64,000 bases of DNA from the human T2T-CHM13v2.0 reference genome, Homo sapiens. The stretch lies in NCBI RefSeq assembly GCF_009914755.1, contig NC_060925.1, one strand, 5' to 3'. A program made the position numbers and the translations under genes. Under the pieces are notes generated by a model, which was not told where the DNA came from, searched no databases, and saw only the letters and a program-made list of their open reading frames with translations. Positions within the stretch are counted from its first letter, which is position 1, and every line of letters starts with the position of its first letter. Below are positions 48,139-64,000 of the stretch, piece after piece.

Positions 48139-51100
48139 TTCTTACTTTCGGTCACTAGTTAGTACTATTAGAAACCAACAGAATCTCTTGGATTTCCTAG
48201 GTAGAATCTTTTATAGATATAGGAGGGGATTCCTTAAAACCAGGACCTGTGTAAGGCTGGGGCCCCACATTTGATTTGAAAAGAGGAGAAGGAGATCCCT
48301 AGGACAGAGCACAAACACACATACTCACTGCTGTGCCAGGCTGCCCCCTGCCTTCTCTGCTTTCTCTGTGGTGATCAATGCACTGTGAAATCAGCAGCCA
48401 AGAGGAGACCGAGTGCCAGCCGTGTGGTGTGGCTGTACGTGCTCTCAGAAAAGACATCGGTGTGGGCCACACTCATCAGGGAAGGCAAAAGGAAATGAGA
48501 CCTGAAGTTTAGGTGGCGTGAAAGGAGAGTGCTTTCTTTGGATTTAATAACATGAGATAAGACCTGGAGGCAGAGAGGAGGTGAAGCTGTCCGGGAAGAA
48601 AGGCAACTCCATACTTGAGTTCAGGTGGTATTAGGATGCCATAGAGAATACAGCTGATTGAGAGAGGGAAGAGAATGAGTCTCAAAATTAGCTATGGGAG
48701 TTTGGGCTTTATTGTATTCTAGTTAGAGACTGACTCTAGAGGCCATGTGAAATCCTGAGGGTGAACAACTGAATGAATGAGTGAGTGAATCAATGAATGA
48801 ACGAATGAAACCCCAGTCTGACAGGAAGCTGAGAAAAGCAAGAATATGGGGACTAAATAGACATGAAGGAAAACGTGTTTCCATAACAACCACTGTGTAT
48901 AAGGCACTTTCACATTAGCCCATGGAGTCCATGCAAGCATCTTTATTTTGTAGCTAGGACTAGTCTCATCTTTAACAATGAGAATACTGAGGCTCTGAGA
49001 GGGTAGGTAACTTGCACAAGGTCATGGGCTGGTTAGACAGTAAGCTGGAATTGCTATTATTTAATACTAATCCAGGTCAGACCTTAGTGCTTCTACTCTC
49101 TCCTAACAATGCTGCCCACATCTCTGGGAGGAAGAGGCTGTGGTTGAGAGCTAGGCAGGGGCTGGAGAGGCTCTATCAATCATCAACAGTTTATATGTGA
49201 GTCATACGTAAGCTGATATGAATTAAAAATGCCAGTTGATTGCATTCGGCTTAGCTGATCTGATAAACAGACAAAGTCAAAGGCTTGGCATTGATGTTGC
49301 GGAGAGGAGTGCAGAAGAAGGGAGGAGAAGGCGGGGTTCTCTGTGTGCACGAACAATACAAGTTGGCAACGGAAAGGACAGAGGCTAAAGTTCAAGCCCC
49401 TTTCGGCACTCATTCACTTAAGCGCCTCCCATATGCGGGGTGCTGCTGTATAACAGTGAAGATGACAGACAGGGTGCCATTCTCCGGGAGCTTCTGGAGA
49501 TGGGCAATAACCCCCCAGACACAAACTCACTAAAAAATTATCAGCTGTGTCTAGCACAGGGCAGGACATGGCAGAGTGCTGAGGCAGAGCATCCACTTTA
49601 GACAGAGTGGCCGGAGAAGACCTTCTAAGGAAGTGGCATTTAAGCAAGATGCCAAGCCACATGGAGAGCAGGAGGGGTGAGAGGTGGGAGGAAGCCTGCA
49701 GTGAATAAAGGAGAGCATGTGCAAAGGTCACAATGGAAAGGCCATGGAGGCGACACTGGGCCAGGAGAGGTAGGCAGGGGCAGGGCTGGCGGGACTCCGT
49801 GGATGGGGGAAGATGTTTGGTGTGTACTATAGGAGCTGAGGGAAGTCATTGGTATATTTTAAGCTGAGCTCTGACAGGTTCCGATTTACATTTTGCGATC
49901 ACTCTTGGTGCCTGGGTAAGAAAAGATTGACAAGGGCAAGAGTGGATGCAGGGAAATTAGCTAGGGGCTGCCACAGGGGGCCAGTGACCCCTTTTATTAT
50001 AAACCTTTGATGATGGCCAGTAAAGACTTGGTTTGCCAACCCAACCACATTTATTAAGACTCTTATTGAATACTTATCTTATAGAAATCAGAGTCTATAA
50101 ATGCTAATGAGCAGTTCTGATCGACAGAGATAATTCCAGGCCAAAACAGCCATTGTGGTTTGTGTGAGCAGCTCCCCTGTAGGTGAACACTGGGTCTTCT
50201 TCTGGCTTTTGATATCCTGAGAACAGTTTGCAGCTCCCCTCCCCATTGTACTGTGCCCCTAGGTAGGAGAAACTGAAGTGGAGGAAAGAGGTGAAAAGAT
50301 CTTCCTTCCTATTGATGACTTGCTTGTCTGTGTGTGCGTTTCTTTGGACCACAAACACAAAACAGGCCATTTCCAGGGAAGAGAAATGAAGCATGTTGCA
50401 TGTCAAGCTCTGTGTTGAGAGCTGCAGAAATGTGCAAGGCTCTGTGCTTGCCCTGGAGGAAACTTACTGAAGGAGACACCCAAAACATAATAATATGTGC
50501 AATAGGTGCTAAAGAGTGGAATAAATAAGATGCTATCAAAATAACCGGAGGACAAAAAGAGCTAAATGTTTGTAGAAAATCTCCCATGTGCCAACTGCTT
50601 TATGTACATTGCTGAATATCCTCATAAAGCCCTGCAGTTGAGAGTGTATTCTCACTATTTTGCTGTGGAGGAACTGAAGTTCCAAGGGATTAACAGAGGC
50701 AACTAGCAAGGGTCAGAGACGGTATTCAAACCATGTCTGTCTGGTACCAAAGGCCTTTCTTTTACACCATCTTCTTTTTCTTTTAATTTGAAGAGGCAAG
50801 GAAAGCTTCAAGGAGGCAGTGTCTTTGAAACAGTTTTGAAGAAAGGAAAGTGTGGAGAAATTGAGGGAGAGAAAGATGGCAAAAGAGGGAAAAGCAAATT
50901 AAGAGGAATCGAAAGAGTAACTGGCCTTCCTGGATCCAGTTCCCCTCCCATCCTTTCAATCCACCTTTTCCATCAGGACCACGTCTATCTTTCTGAACCA
51001 CTCCTCTGACCCAGTCTCTCCTCCTTCTCTACAGGATAAAGTCAGACTTCCGAGGGGACACACCAAGTCCCCCCTGGGCTTCCCCAGTTGCCTTCTCCCA

Positions 51101-51194
51101 TTCTTCTAACCCTTTACTGATTTCCTTCTTATTCTCTTGCTTCAGAGCCTTCTCTCTGCCTGGAAGTTCCCCCTGCAAATGGCCCCATGCCACT

Positions 51195-51650
51195 TGTAGC
51201 GGGTTGACTTGTGTCCCCCAAAAGGATATGCTCAAGTCCTTACCCCTGGTACCTGTGTGACTGTGACCTTATTTGGAAATAGAATCAGATGTAATCAAGT
51301 TATGACAAGAAGGGCATACTGGATTAGGGTGGGCCGTAAATCCAATGACTGATATCGTAAGAGAAAAGAGAGGGAGATTTGGATACAGAGACACAGGAGA
51401 GACACAGGGAAGGAGACCATGTGATGGAGGCACAGATAGAAGTAATGTGTCTGCAACACAAGGAATGCGAAGGGTTCCTGGCAACCACCAGAAGCTATGA
51501 GACACATGAGACAGATTCTTCCCCAGTATTTCCAGAGGGATCTTGGCCCATTGAGAACATGATTTTGGACTTCTAGCCTCTAGAACTGTGAACAAAACAC
51601 ATTTCTGTTATTTTAAGCTATTCAGTTTGTTACAGCAGCCCTAGTAAATT
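51195..51650 (+). mobile_element. MLT1B/C-like MaLR solo LTR
   Basis: TGTAGCGGGTTGA...GTGACCTTATTTGGAAATAG...GATTAGGGTGGGCC...GACTTCTAGCCTCTAGAACTGTGA...GTTACAGCAGCCCTAG. Confidence 0.85.
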
Positions 51651-53566
51651 CTTCTACCCCCTGACTGATGTGTACTGGTAGGTGCCTCACATCCAGTGGG
51701 GAGCTTTTCCACAGGCTTCTCCTTGTCCTCCCCATCCCCTCAGTCTAGTGAGATGCTCCCTCTACAGGCTCCTGCTCTATCAGAGTCATCCATTGACTTC
51801 CCTGTCTTGCTGAATCCCTTAACTCTTGTGCCAGTGTCTCATTCACTTCTATATCTCTGGTACCCAGCATGAGGCCTGACCTGTACTAGCCCCTTGGTGA
51901 ATGTTGTCTGACTGAATTGATGAATGAACGAATGGCTCACCAGCTTTCAGGGACCCCTGTGGTTCATCCAAACTCACCCACTGTCCTTGCCAAGCATCTG
52001 TCACTCTACAAGAGGCAACTTAAACAAATCCTATATACTAAGGAGGATACTTCCTATTTCTCTGGAAGTTCTGAGCTCTTCCTTTACCATCCACATCTAG
52101 CCCCTCGGATCTTACAGCTGTATCTTTGGTGCTCTACACTACCAAAGACATAGAATCTAGCCACACAGAACCTGGGCCAGAGCTCACTGCTGAATCTAAA
52201 TCTGGGAGAAACTGGGATACTGCAACCATGGTCTCACACTTTTTAAATCCAGCCCTGTAGGTTCCCTGAGCCTACAGTGATACTGATAGTCATACTTTAA
52301 ATCTATAAATAGTAAGTACTAGGTTCAGATAGCATACTAGGCACTGGTGATTCAGATAAGAATATGGCATGCTTCCACCCCTGCATGTGGTACAGTCTAC
52401 AGTAAAGGTATGTACGGAGAAGCCCCCTAACTTAGGCCAAGGGTATGAGACCAGGCCTCCTGGGAGAGGTAACTACTGAGCTGAGTCTTGATATCTTTAT
52501 AAGAGAAAAGAGAGATGAGAGATTAACAGGATGAGTCCAGATGAAGGGGGTGGGTGAGGAGGGTGAGAAGGGGACAGAATGCAGGCAGAGAAAATAGGGT
52601 ATGCAAAGACACAGAGGGGATGTAGAGGCTGGCCCACCCAGGAAATGACAAGCTCTTCAGGAAGACAAAGCATGAAATGCGGGTGGCTGAGACCTGAAGC
52701 CGTGGCTCAGGGAATGGTGATAATGTCCAAGCTGCAGAGGAGTGAGGAATTCATGGTCCCCATTCTCCTAGTGAGAGCAGTTTCCTTGGTGCTGGGGCAG
52801 GGCTGAGGGCAGTGAGGGAGGGGTTCCACCAAAGGAGGGCTTTTGAGTTGGTCTCATCATCCTAAGTCTGGTATCTGGTTTGCCTAGGTTGCATCTTGGG
52901 CACTCATGATAATCTGCAGTCTAACTCCAGCAAGTATGCCAGCTCAGGTAACTGGGTCTCACTGGGCCCCTGGTTCTCCCTCCCATTCCTTGGTGGGGCT
53001 GCCCTGAAATTCTGCTTGCTCTGCGGGGGCTGGATCTTGACTTCATTGCTGGCTGCAGGGACACCCTGGGATGTGCAGATATCCCTGTTCAAGTCTGAGA
53101 TCTCCACATGCCTTTCCTCAAAGTGTTTTCAGAGTTCCACCTCCCACTGCCACACCCACGCCCCCACCAACCAATAGCAGGCCCTAGCTAAGGGTGGACC
53201 CACCTGGCCCTCACTCCCGTACCTCTTCCCACCAGCCCCCTCTGAGACTCCACTGTGCTTTGCTGAGGCTAGTGTAAGGTTCACAACACTCAGCTTCAGC
53301 AACGGGAGATTTTCTACCAGAGCCTAAATCTAAGAAGCTGGGAGGACAGTGGATTTTCACTGCAGGGGCCCGTCCCTCTCAAGTGCTGCCCACAGGCAAA
53401 ACTTGCTTCTGAGATCATGGTCCTCAGTTCTTTTAGTCTGAAGGAAACTTGGACACACTAGGTATTTTTTAAAAACAAAAACAAAAACAAACAAACAAAT
53501 GATTCCCACCTCCCTGCTTATAGGCAGTTTATCTCTATCCCATTGCAAATTGGAAAGACATGCAAA

Positions 53567-54575
53567 GGGGGGGTGGAGCCAAGATGGCCAAATAGGAACA
53601 GCCCCAGTCTACAGCTCCCAGCATGAGTGATGCAGAAGACGGGTGATTTCTGCATTTCCAACTGAGGTACCGGGTTCATCTCACTGGGGAGTGCCGGACA
53701 GTGGGTGCAGTGCACCGTGTGTGAGCCGAAGCAGGGCGAGGCATCGCCTCACCTGGGAAGCACAAGGGGTCAGGAAATTCCCTTTCCTAGTCAAAGAAAG
53801 GGGTGACAGACGGCACCTGGAAAATCGGGTCACTCCCACCCTAATACTGCGCTTTTCCAATGGGCTTAACAAACGGCACACCAGGAGATTATATTCCGCA
53901 CCTGGCTCGGAGGGTCCTACGCCCACGGAGCCTTGCTAGCACAGCAGTCTGAGATCAAACTGCAAGGCGGCAGCAAGGCTGGGGGAGGGGCGCCTGCCAT
54001 TGCCCAGGCTTGAGTAGGTAAACAAAGCAGCTGGGAAGCTCGAACTGGATGGAGCCCACCACAGCTCAAGGAGCCCTGCCTGCCTCTATAGGCTCCACCC
54101 CTGGGGGCAGGGCACAGACAATCAAAAGGCGGCAGTAACCTCTGCAGACTTAAATGTCCCTGTCTGACAGCTATGAAGAGAGTAGTGGTTCTCCCAGCAC
54201 GCAGCTTGAGATCTGAGAATGGGCAGACTGCCGCCTCAAGTGGGTCCCTGACCCCCGAGTAGCCTAACTGGGAGGCAACCCCCAGTAGGGGCGGACTGAC
54301 ACCTCACACGGCTGGGTACTCCTCTGAGATAAAACTTCCAGAGGAACGATCAGGCAGCAGCATTTGCAGTTCACCAATATCTGCTGTTCTGCAGCCACCG
54401 CTGCTGATACCCAGGCAAACAGGGTCTGGAGTGGACCTCCAGCAAACTCCAACAGACCTGCAGCTGAGGGTCCTGACTGTTAGAAGGAAAACTAACAAAC
54501 AGAAAGGACATCCACACCAAAACCCCATCTGTACGTCACCATCATCAAAGACCAAAGGTAGATAAAACCACAAAG
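53567..54575. promoter_or_regulatory. L1 5'UTR: sense promoter (YY1 site AAGATGGCC at 53581-53589) and antisense promoter region
   Basis: Intact L1 5' end with many CpGs. Bidirectional promoter activity is established for primate L1 5'UTRs; activity of this copy is not shown by the sequence. Confidence 0.7.
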
Positions 54576-55589
54576 ATGGGGAAAAAACAGAGCAGAAAAA
54601 CCAGAAGCTCTAAAAATCAGAGTGCCTCTCCTCCTCCAAAGGAACGCAGCTCCTCACCAGCAATGGAACAAAGCTGGACGGAGAATGACTTTGACGAGTT
54701 GAGAGAAGAAGGCTTCAGAAGATCAAACTACTCCAAGCTAAAGGAGGAAGGTTGAACCAATGGCAAAGAAGTTAAAAACCTTGAAAAAAATTAGACGAAT
54801 GGCTAACTAGAATAACCAATTCAGAGAAGTCCTTAAAGGACCTGATGGTGCTGAAAACCACGGCACGAGAACTACGTGACGAATGCACAAGCCTCAGTAG
54901 CTGATGCGTTCAACTGTAAGAAAGGGTATCAGCGATGGAAGACGAAATGAATGAAATGAAGCGAGAAGAGAAGTTTAGAGAAAAAAGAATAAAAAGAAAT
55001 GAACAAAGCTTCCAAGAAATATGGGACTATGTGAAAAGACCAAATCTACGTCTGATCGGTGTACCTGAAAGTGACGGGGAGAATGGAACCAAGTTGGAAA
55101 ACACTCTGCAGGATATGATCCAGGAGAACTTCCCCAATCTAGCAAGGCAGGCCAACATTCAAATTCAGGAAATACAGAGAGCACCACAAAGATACTCCTC
55201 GAGAAGAGCAACTCCAAGACACATAATTGTCAGATTCACCAAAGTTGAAATGAAGGAAAAAATGTTAAGGGCAGCCAGAGAGAAAGGTCGGGTTACCCAC
55301 AAAGGGAAGCCCATCAGACTAACAGCTGACCTCTCGGCAGAAACTCTGCAAGCCAGAAGAGAGTGGGGACCAATATTCAACATTCTTAAAGAAAAGAATT
55401 TTCAACCCAGAATTTCATATCCAGCCAAACTAGCTTCATAAGTGAAGGAGAAATGAAATCCTTTACAGAAAAGCAAATGCTGAGAGATTTTGTCACCACC
55501 AGGCCTGCCCTAAAAGAGCTCCTGAAGGAAGCACTAAACATGGAAAGGAACAACTGGTAACAGCCGCTGCAAAACATGCCAAATTGTAA
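54576..55589 (+). pseudogene. L1 ORF1p, disrupted
   Basis: Starts ATGGGGAAAAAACAG; premature stops and frameshifts; only 54935..55441 stays open (MEDEMNEMKREEKFREKRIKRNEQ...). Confidence 0.92.
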
Positions 55590-55652
55590 AGACCATCAAG
55601 GCTAGGAAGAAACTGCATCAACTAACGAGCAAAATAACCAGCTAACATCATC

Positions 55653-59474
<3,822 letters not shown>

Positions 59475-59700
59475 ACAATGAGAACACGTGGACACAGGAA
59501 GGGGAACATCACACACTGGGGACTATTGTGGGGTGGGGGGAGGGGGGAGGGATAGCATTAGGAGATATACCTAATGCTAAATGATGAGTTAATGCGTGCA
59601 GCACACCAACATGGCACATGTATACATATGTAACAAACCTGCACGTTCTGCACATATACCCTAAAACTTAAAGTATAATAATAATAAAATTAAAAAAAAA

Positions 59701-59884
59701 AGAGCGTGGCTCCTCCCCGACTTCTCTTGCTCATTCTCTTGCCATGTGACATGCTCGCTCCCCCTTCTCTATCCACCATGAGTAGAAGCTTACTGAGGCC
59801 CTCACCAAAAGGAGATGCTGGCACCATGCTTCTTGTACAGCTTGTAGAACCATGAGCCAAATAAACCTCTTTTCTTTATAAATT
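59701..59884 (+). mobile_element. MST (MSTB-like) MaLR LTR 3' fragment carried as an L1 3' transduction
   Basis: GCCATGTGAC...CTGAGGCCCTCACC...GATGCTGGCACCATGCTTCTTGTACAGC...GAGCCAAATAAACCTCTTTTCTTTATAAATT matches the MST LTR. It lies between the L1 A-tail and a second A-tail, inside the L1 TSD. Confidence 0.88.
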
Positions 59885-60634
59885 AAAAAAAAAAAAAAGA
59901 AAGAAAGACATGCAAAAATGAGAAAATAAAAAAAATTCATGGCACCTTGACCTGTTGATTTCACTTGCCTTCTGACTGGGCCCCAGAATATGAAAGGGCT
60001 TTGGATGTTCCCAACCAACAGTCACCACTGCAGGAACACAATAAACCCATCGCTGATGTGAGTCATGATGGTGGATCTTTACATTAGGGGAAAATGGCAT
60101 GTGAATGAACAGCTGCTGCAGGGGGAAGGGGGTCAGAAATCACTCCTGTCCCCACATGAGAATGCAGCTGCAATTATCCTTGGTGACATCGGAAAGGGCA
60201 ATAAGAAAATAATACTTGTTTTATCAAATGCCCCCCTCTAAGCTGACCGAGCTGCAAACCAACAATTAAACCATGATCATAATAGCAGACAATAATAATT
60301 AAGTATCACGCTATCCAAAGAGCAAAAACTGAGAAGACAGACCAAAGCCCAAATCCAGCATTGGTGTCTATAGCAAAATAAAAGGCTCTTCTCTTCAGGG
60401 ACCAGCTGGCATGCAAAAGAAATAAAAGATTCTTTGGTTATTTTCTAAAGTGGAAAAATAAAACTGGGCTTCAGGTCACTGAAAACGTTGCAGAATGTTC
60501 CAGGGTAGTGACTGCTGTCTTGGACTTAAGCTGTGACCTTGTGCTTCCCTCTAACGTGCTGGGTGACCTCCGGCCAGCTGCCCTCTCTTCCTCATCACCC
60601 TGTCACTGGAGGCTCTGAGACTGCCTATCACTAG

Positions 60635-61069
<435 letters not shown>

Positions 61070-61390
61070 TCAAATACTAGTTCTGAGAGAGCTAACTTGG
61101 TGACCTTGCAGAGCCTCAATTTACCCCCGTGTAAAATGGCTGTAATTTCAATCTATCAAGCAGCGTTGCTAAGAGTATTATCATAAATGAAATCACATAG
61201 AAAGCATCTAGCACATAGTATTAAATAATCATCAAATGGTAAAATCACCTAAAATAATTCCATTTTTGTTCAATTTATTTTATTTTTTACTTGACTAAGA
61301 GAGATGTGCTAAAGTCTCCTATAAGGATTGTCAATTTCTCCTCATATTTCTGACAGATTTTGCTTTATGTTTTCTCATTAGGTTACTTAG

Positions 61391-61741
<351 letters not shown>

Positions 61742-62492
61742 TAACAGAAAAGCAATATTGTGATCCCTGCTTTTTACTTCCATGTGTTCTCATGCTATTC
61801 TTTTGTCCCAACCTTTTATTTTTAATATTTTGTTGTTCTTCTGTTTAGCAGCATTCTTTTAAATTTTATCCAACCCAAGAATCTTTGCCTTGCAATATGA
61901 ATGTTTCCCATGTGGGCACCAGCTCATAGCTCTTTACGGCTCCTGCTTTCCCTGCCACAGGTCAGTCAGTAGTTACTCTACACATCACGGTAGAGGCTTC
62001 CTTTCCCTGTGCACCGTCGTCTTGGGGCCTCTCTCTGGGATCCTGTGTTTGCTCCCTTTGCAGACCCTTTGCTCAGCATCTGAGTCTTGCACTCCGCCCA
62101 GGCACCTGACTTTAGCTCTTTGCTGATCCTTCAGAGAAGCCTCAGACGGTAGCACTTCTGTGCTCTGGGCCTTATATCCGGTCAGCCTCTCAGTCTCCTG
62201 CCCATCCTGAGCTCCTGTAACCTTGATCTGCTCCAGAGGCTGCCTCCTCTCCCCCCATTCTCTTTTCCCTACATGAGGCCTGGAGCCTTGAATTACTTTG
62301 TGGAACAGACACCTCCAGCCCCACCCAGGACCCTGTTCCCCACTGCAGACTAGCACTGGACTGTGAAGTGTGTGAAAAATTAACCTTTATTGTGTTAAAC
62401 CACTGAGATTTGGGGGTTATCTGTTATATCAGTTAGCCATTACTGTTGACTAATAATACAAGCTTATTTCCATCATCCTGTTTTATGCTTTT

Positions 62493-62794
62493 TTTTTTTT
62501 TTTTTTTTTTTTTGAGACAGAATCTCACTCTGGCACCCAGGCTGGAGTACAGTGGCATGATCTAAGCCCACTATAAGCTCCGCCTCCTGTGTTCAAGTGA
62601 TTCTCATGCCTCAGCCTCCTGAATAGCTGGGACTACAGGTGCATGCCACCATGCCTGGCTAATTTTTCTATTTTTAGTAAGATGGGGTTTAGCTGGGTTG
62701 ACCATGCTGGTCTCGAACTCCTGGCCTCAAGTGATTCACCTCCCTCAGCCTCCCAAAGTGCTGGGATTACAGGCATGAGACACCACGCCTGGCT
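62493..62794 (-). mobile_element. Alu (S/J)
   Basis: Full reverse Alu; TSD TGTTTTATGCTTTT at 62479-62492 and 62796-62809. Confidence 0.9.
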
Positions 62795-63186
62795 GTGTTT
62801 TATGCTTTTGTTTATTATATTTTCTTGCTTTTTTGGGTAATATTCCTTAGTTTGTAAGTTTTCTTTAGTGATTTGCAAAGTACACATTTTATTTTAAATT
62901 CTATGGGTGGTTTTCTTTAAGCATTTTCAAAAGTACTCCTAAACTTGTATTTTCTCTAATCATCAAATTTAAGAAAAATAATATATTATACCATTTTACT
63001 TCTTCTTATGTAAGACAGTAAATCTTAAAAAGGTTTCACCTTTCCCTATGCCCTCTCCCAACCATCAAACCATTGACAATATAAGTAGGGACTAGAGGCC
63101 CAAGTTACACACAATCTTTCATAGTCACCAATTCTTAGTACCGTGTAGTTTTTCTAAACATCTCAGTTGGCTAAAAATTGTATGTC

Positions 63187-63985
<799 letters not shown>

Positions 63986-64000
63986 ATGTTTTTGTAAGTT

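Overview
Human (primate) genomic DNA lying inside the large neural gene CSMD2 (CUB and Sushi multiple domains 2), transcribed on the minus strand. I resolved 12 consecutive coding exons (44664 down to 3763). All have AG/GT boundaries and matching phases, and they join into one open frame of 1775 nt (591 full codons): a CUB C-terminal half, then three Sushi-CUB pairs. The rest is intron, rich in repeats: a full-length, inactive L1PA3/4, a near-complete HSMAR2 mariner, 14 Alus, MaLR LTRs, MER58/MER82 DNA elements, old L1M/L2/MIR fragments and microsatellites. There are no prokaryotic features, CRISPR arrays or recognisable RNA genes, and I see no wholly new biological system. The most notable signals are: (1) an L1 3' transduction carrying an MST LTR fragment from a different source locus; (2) an Alu with a twin-priming-type 5' inversion inside one target-site duplication (TSD); (3) an L1 antisense promoter/ORF0 pointing into CSMD2, with an in-phase splice donor disabled by a 7-nt deletion; (4) cryptic in-frame splice paths and an Alu-flanked, stop-free two-exon CUB unit that could circularise. 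Repeat subfamily names come from my memory of consensus sequences, and boundaries of old repeats are approximate.
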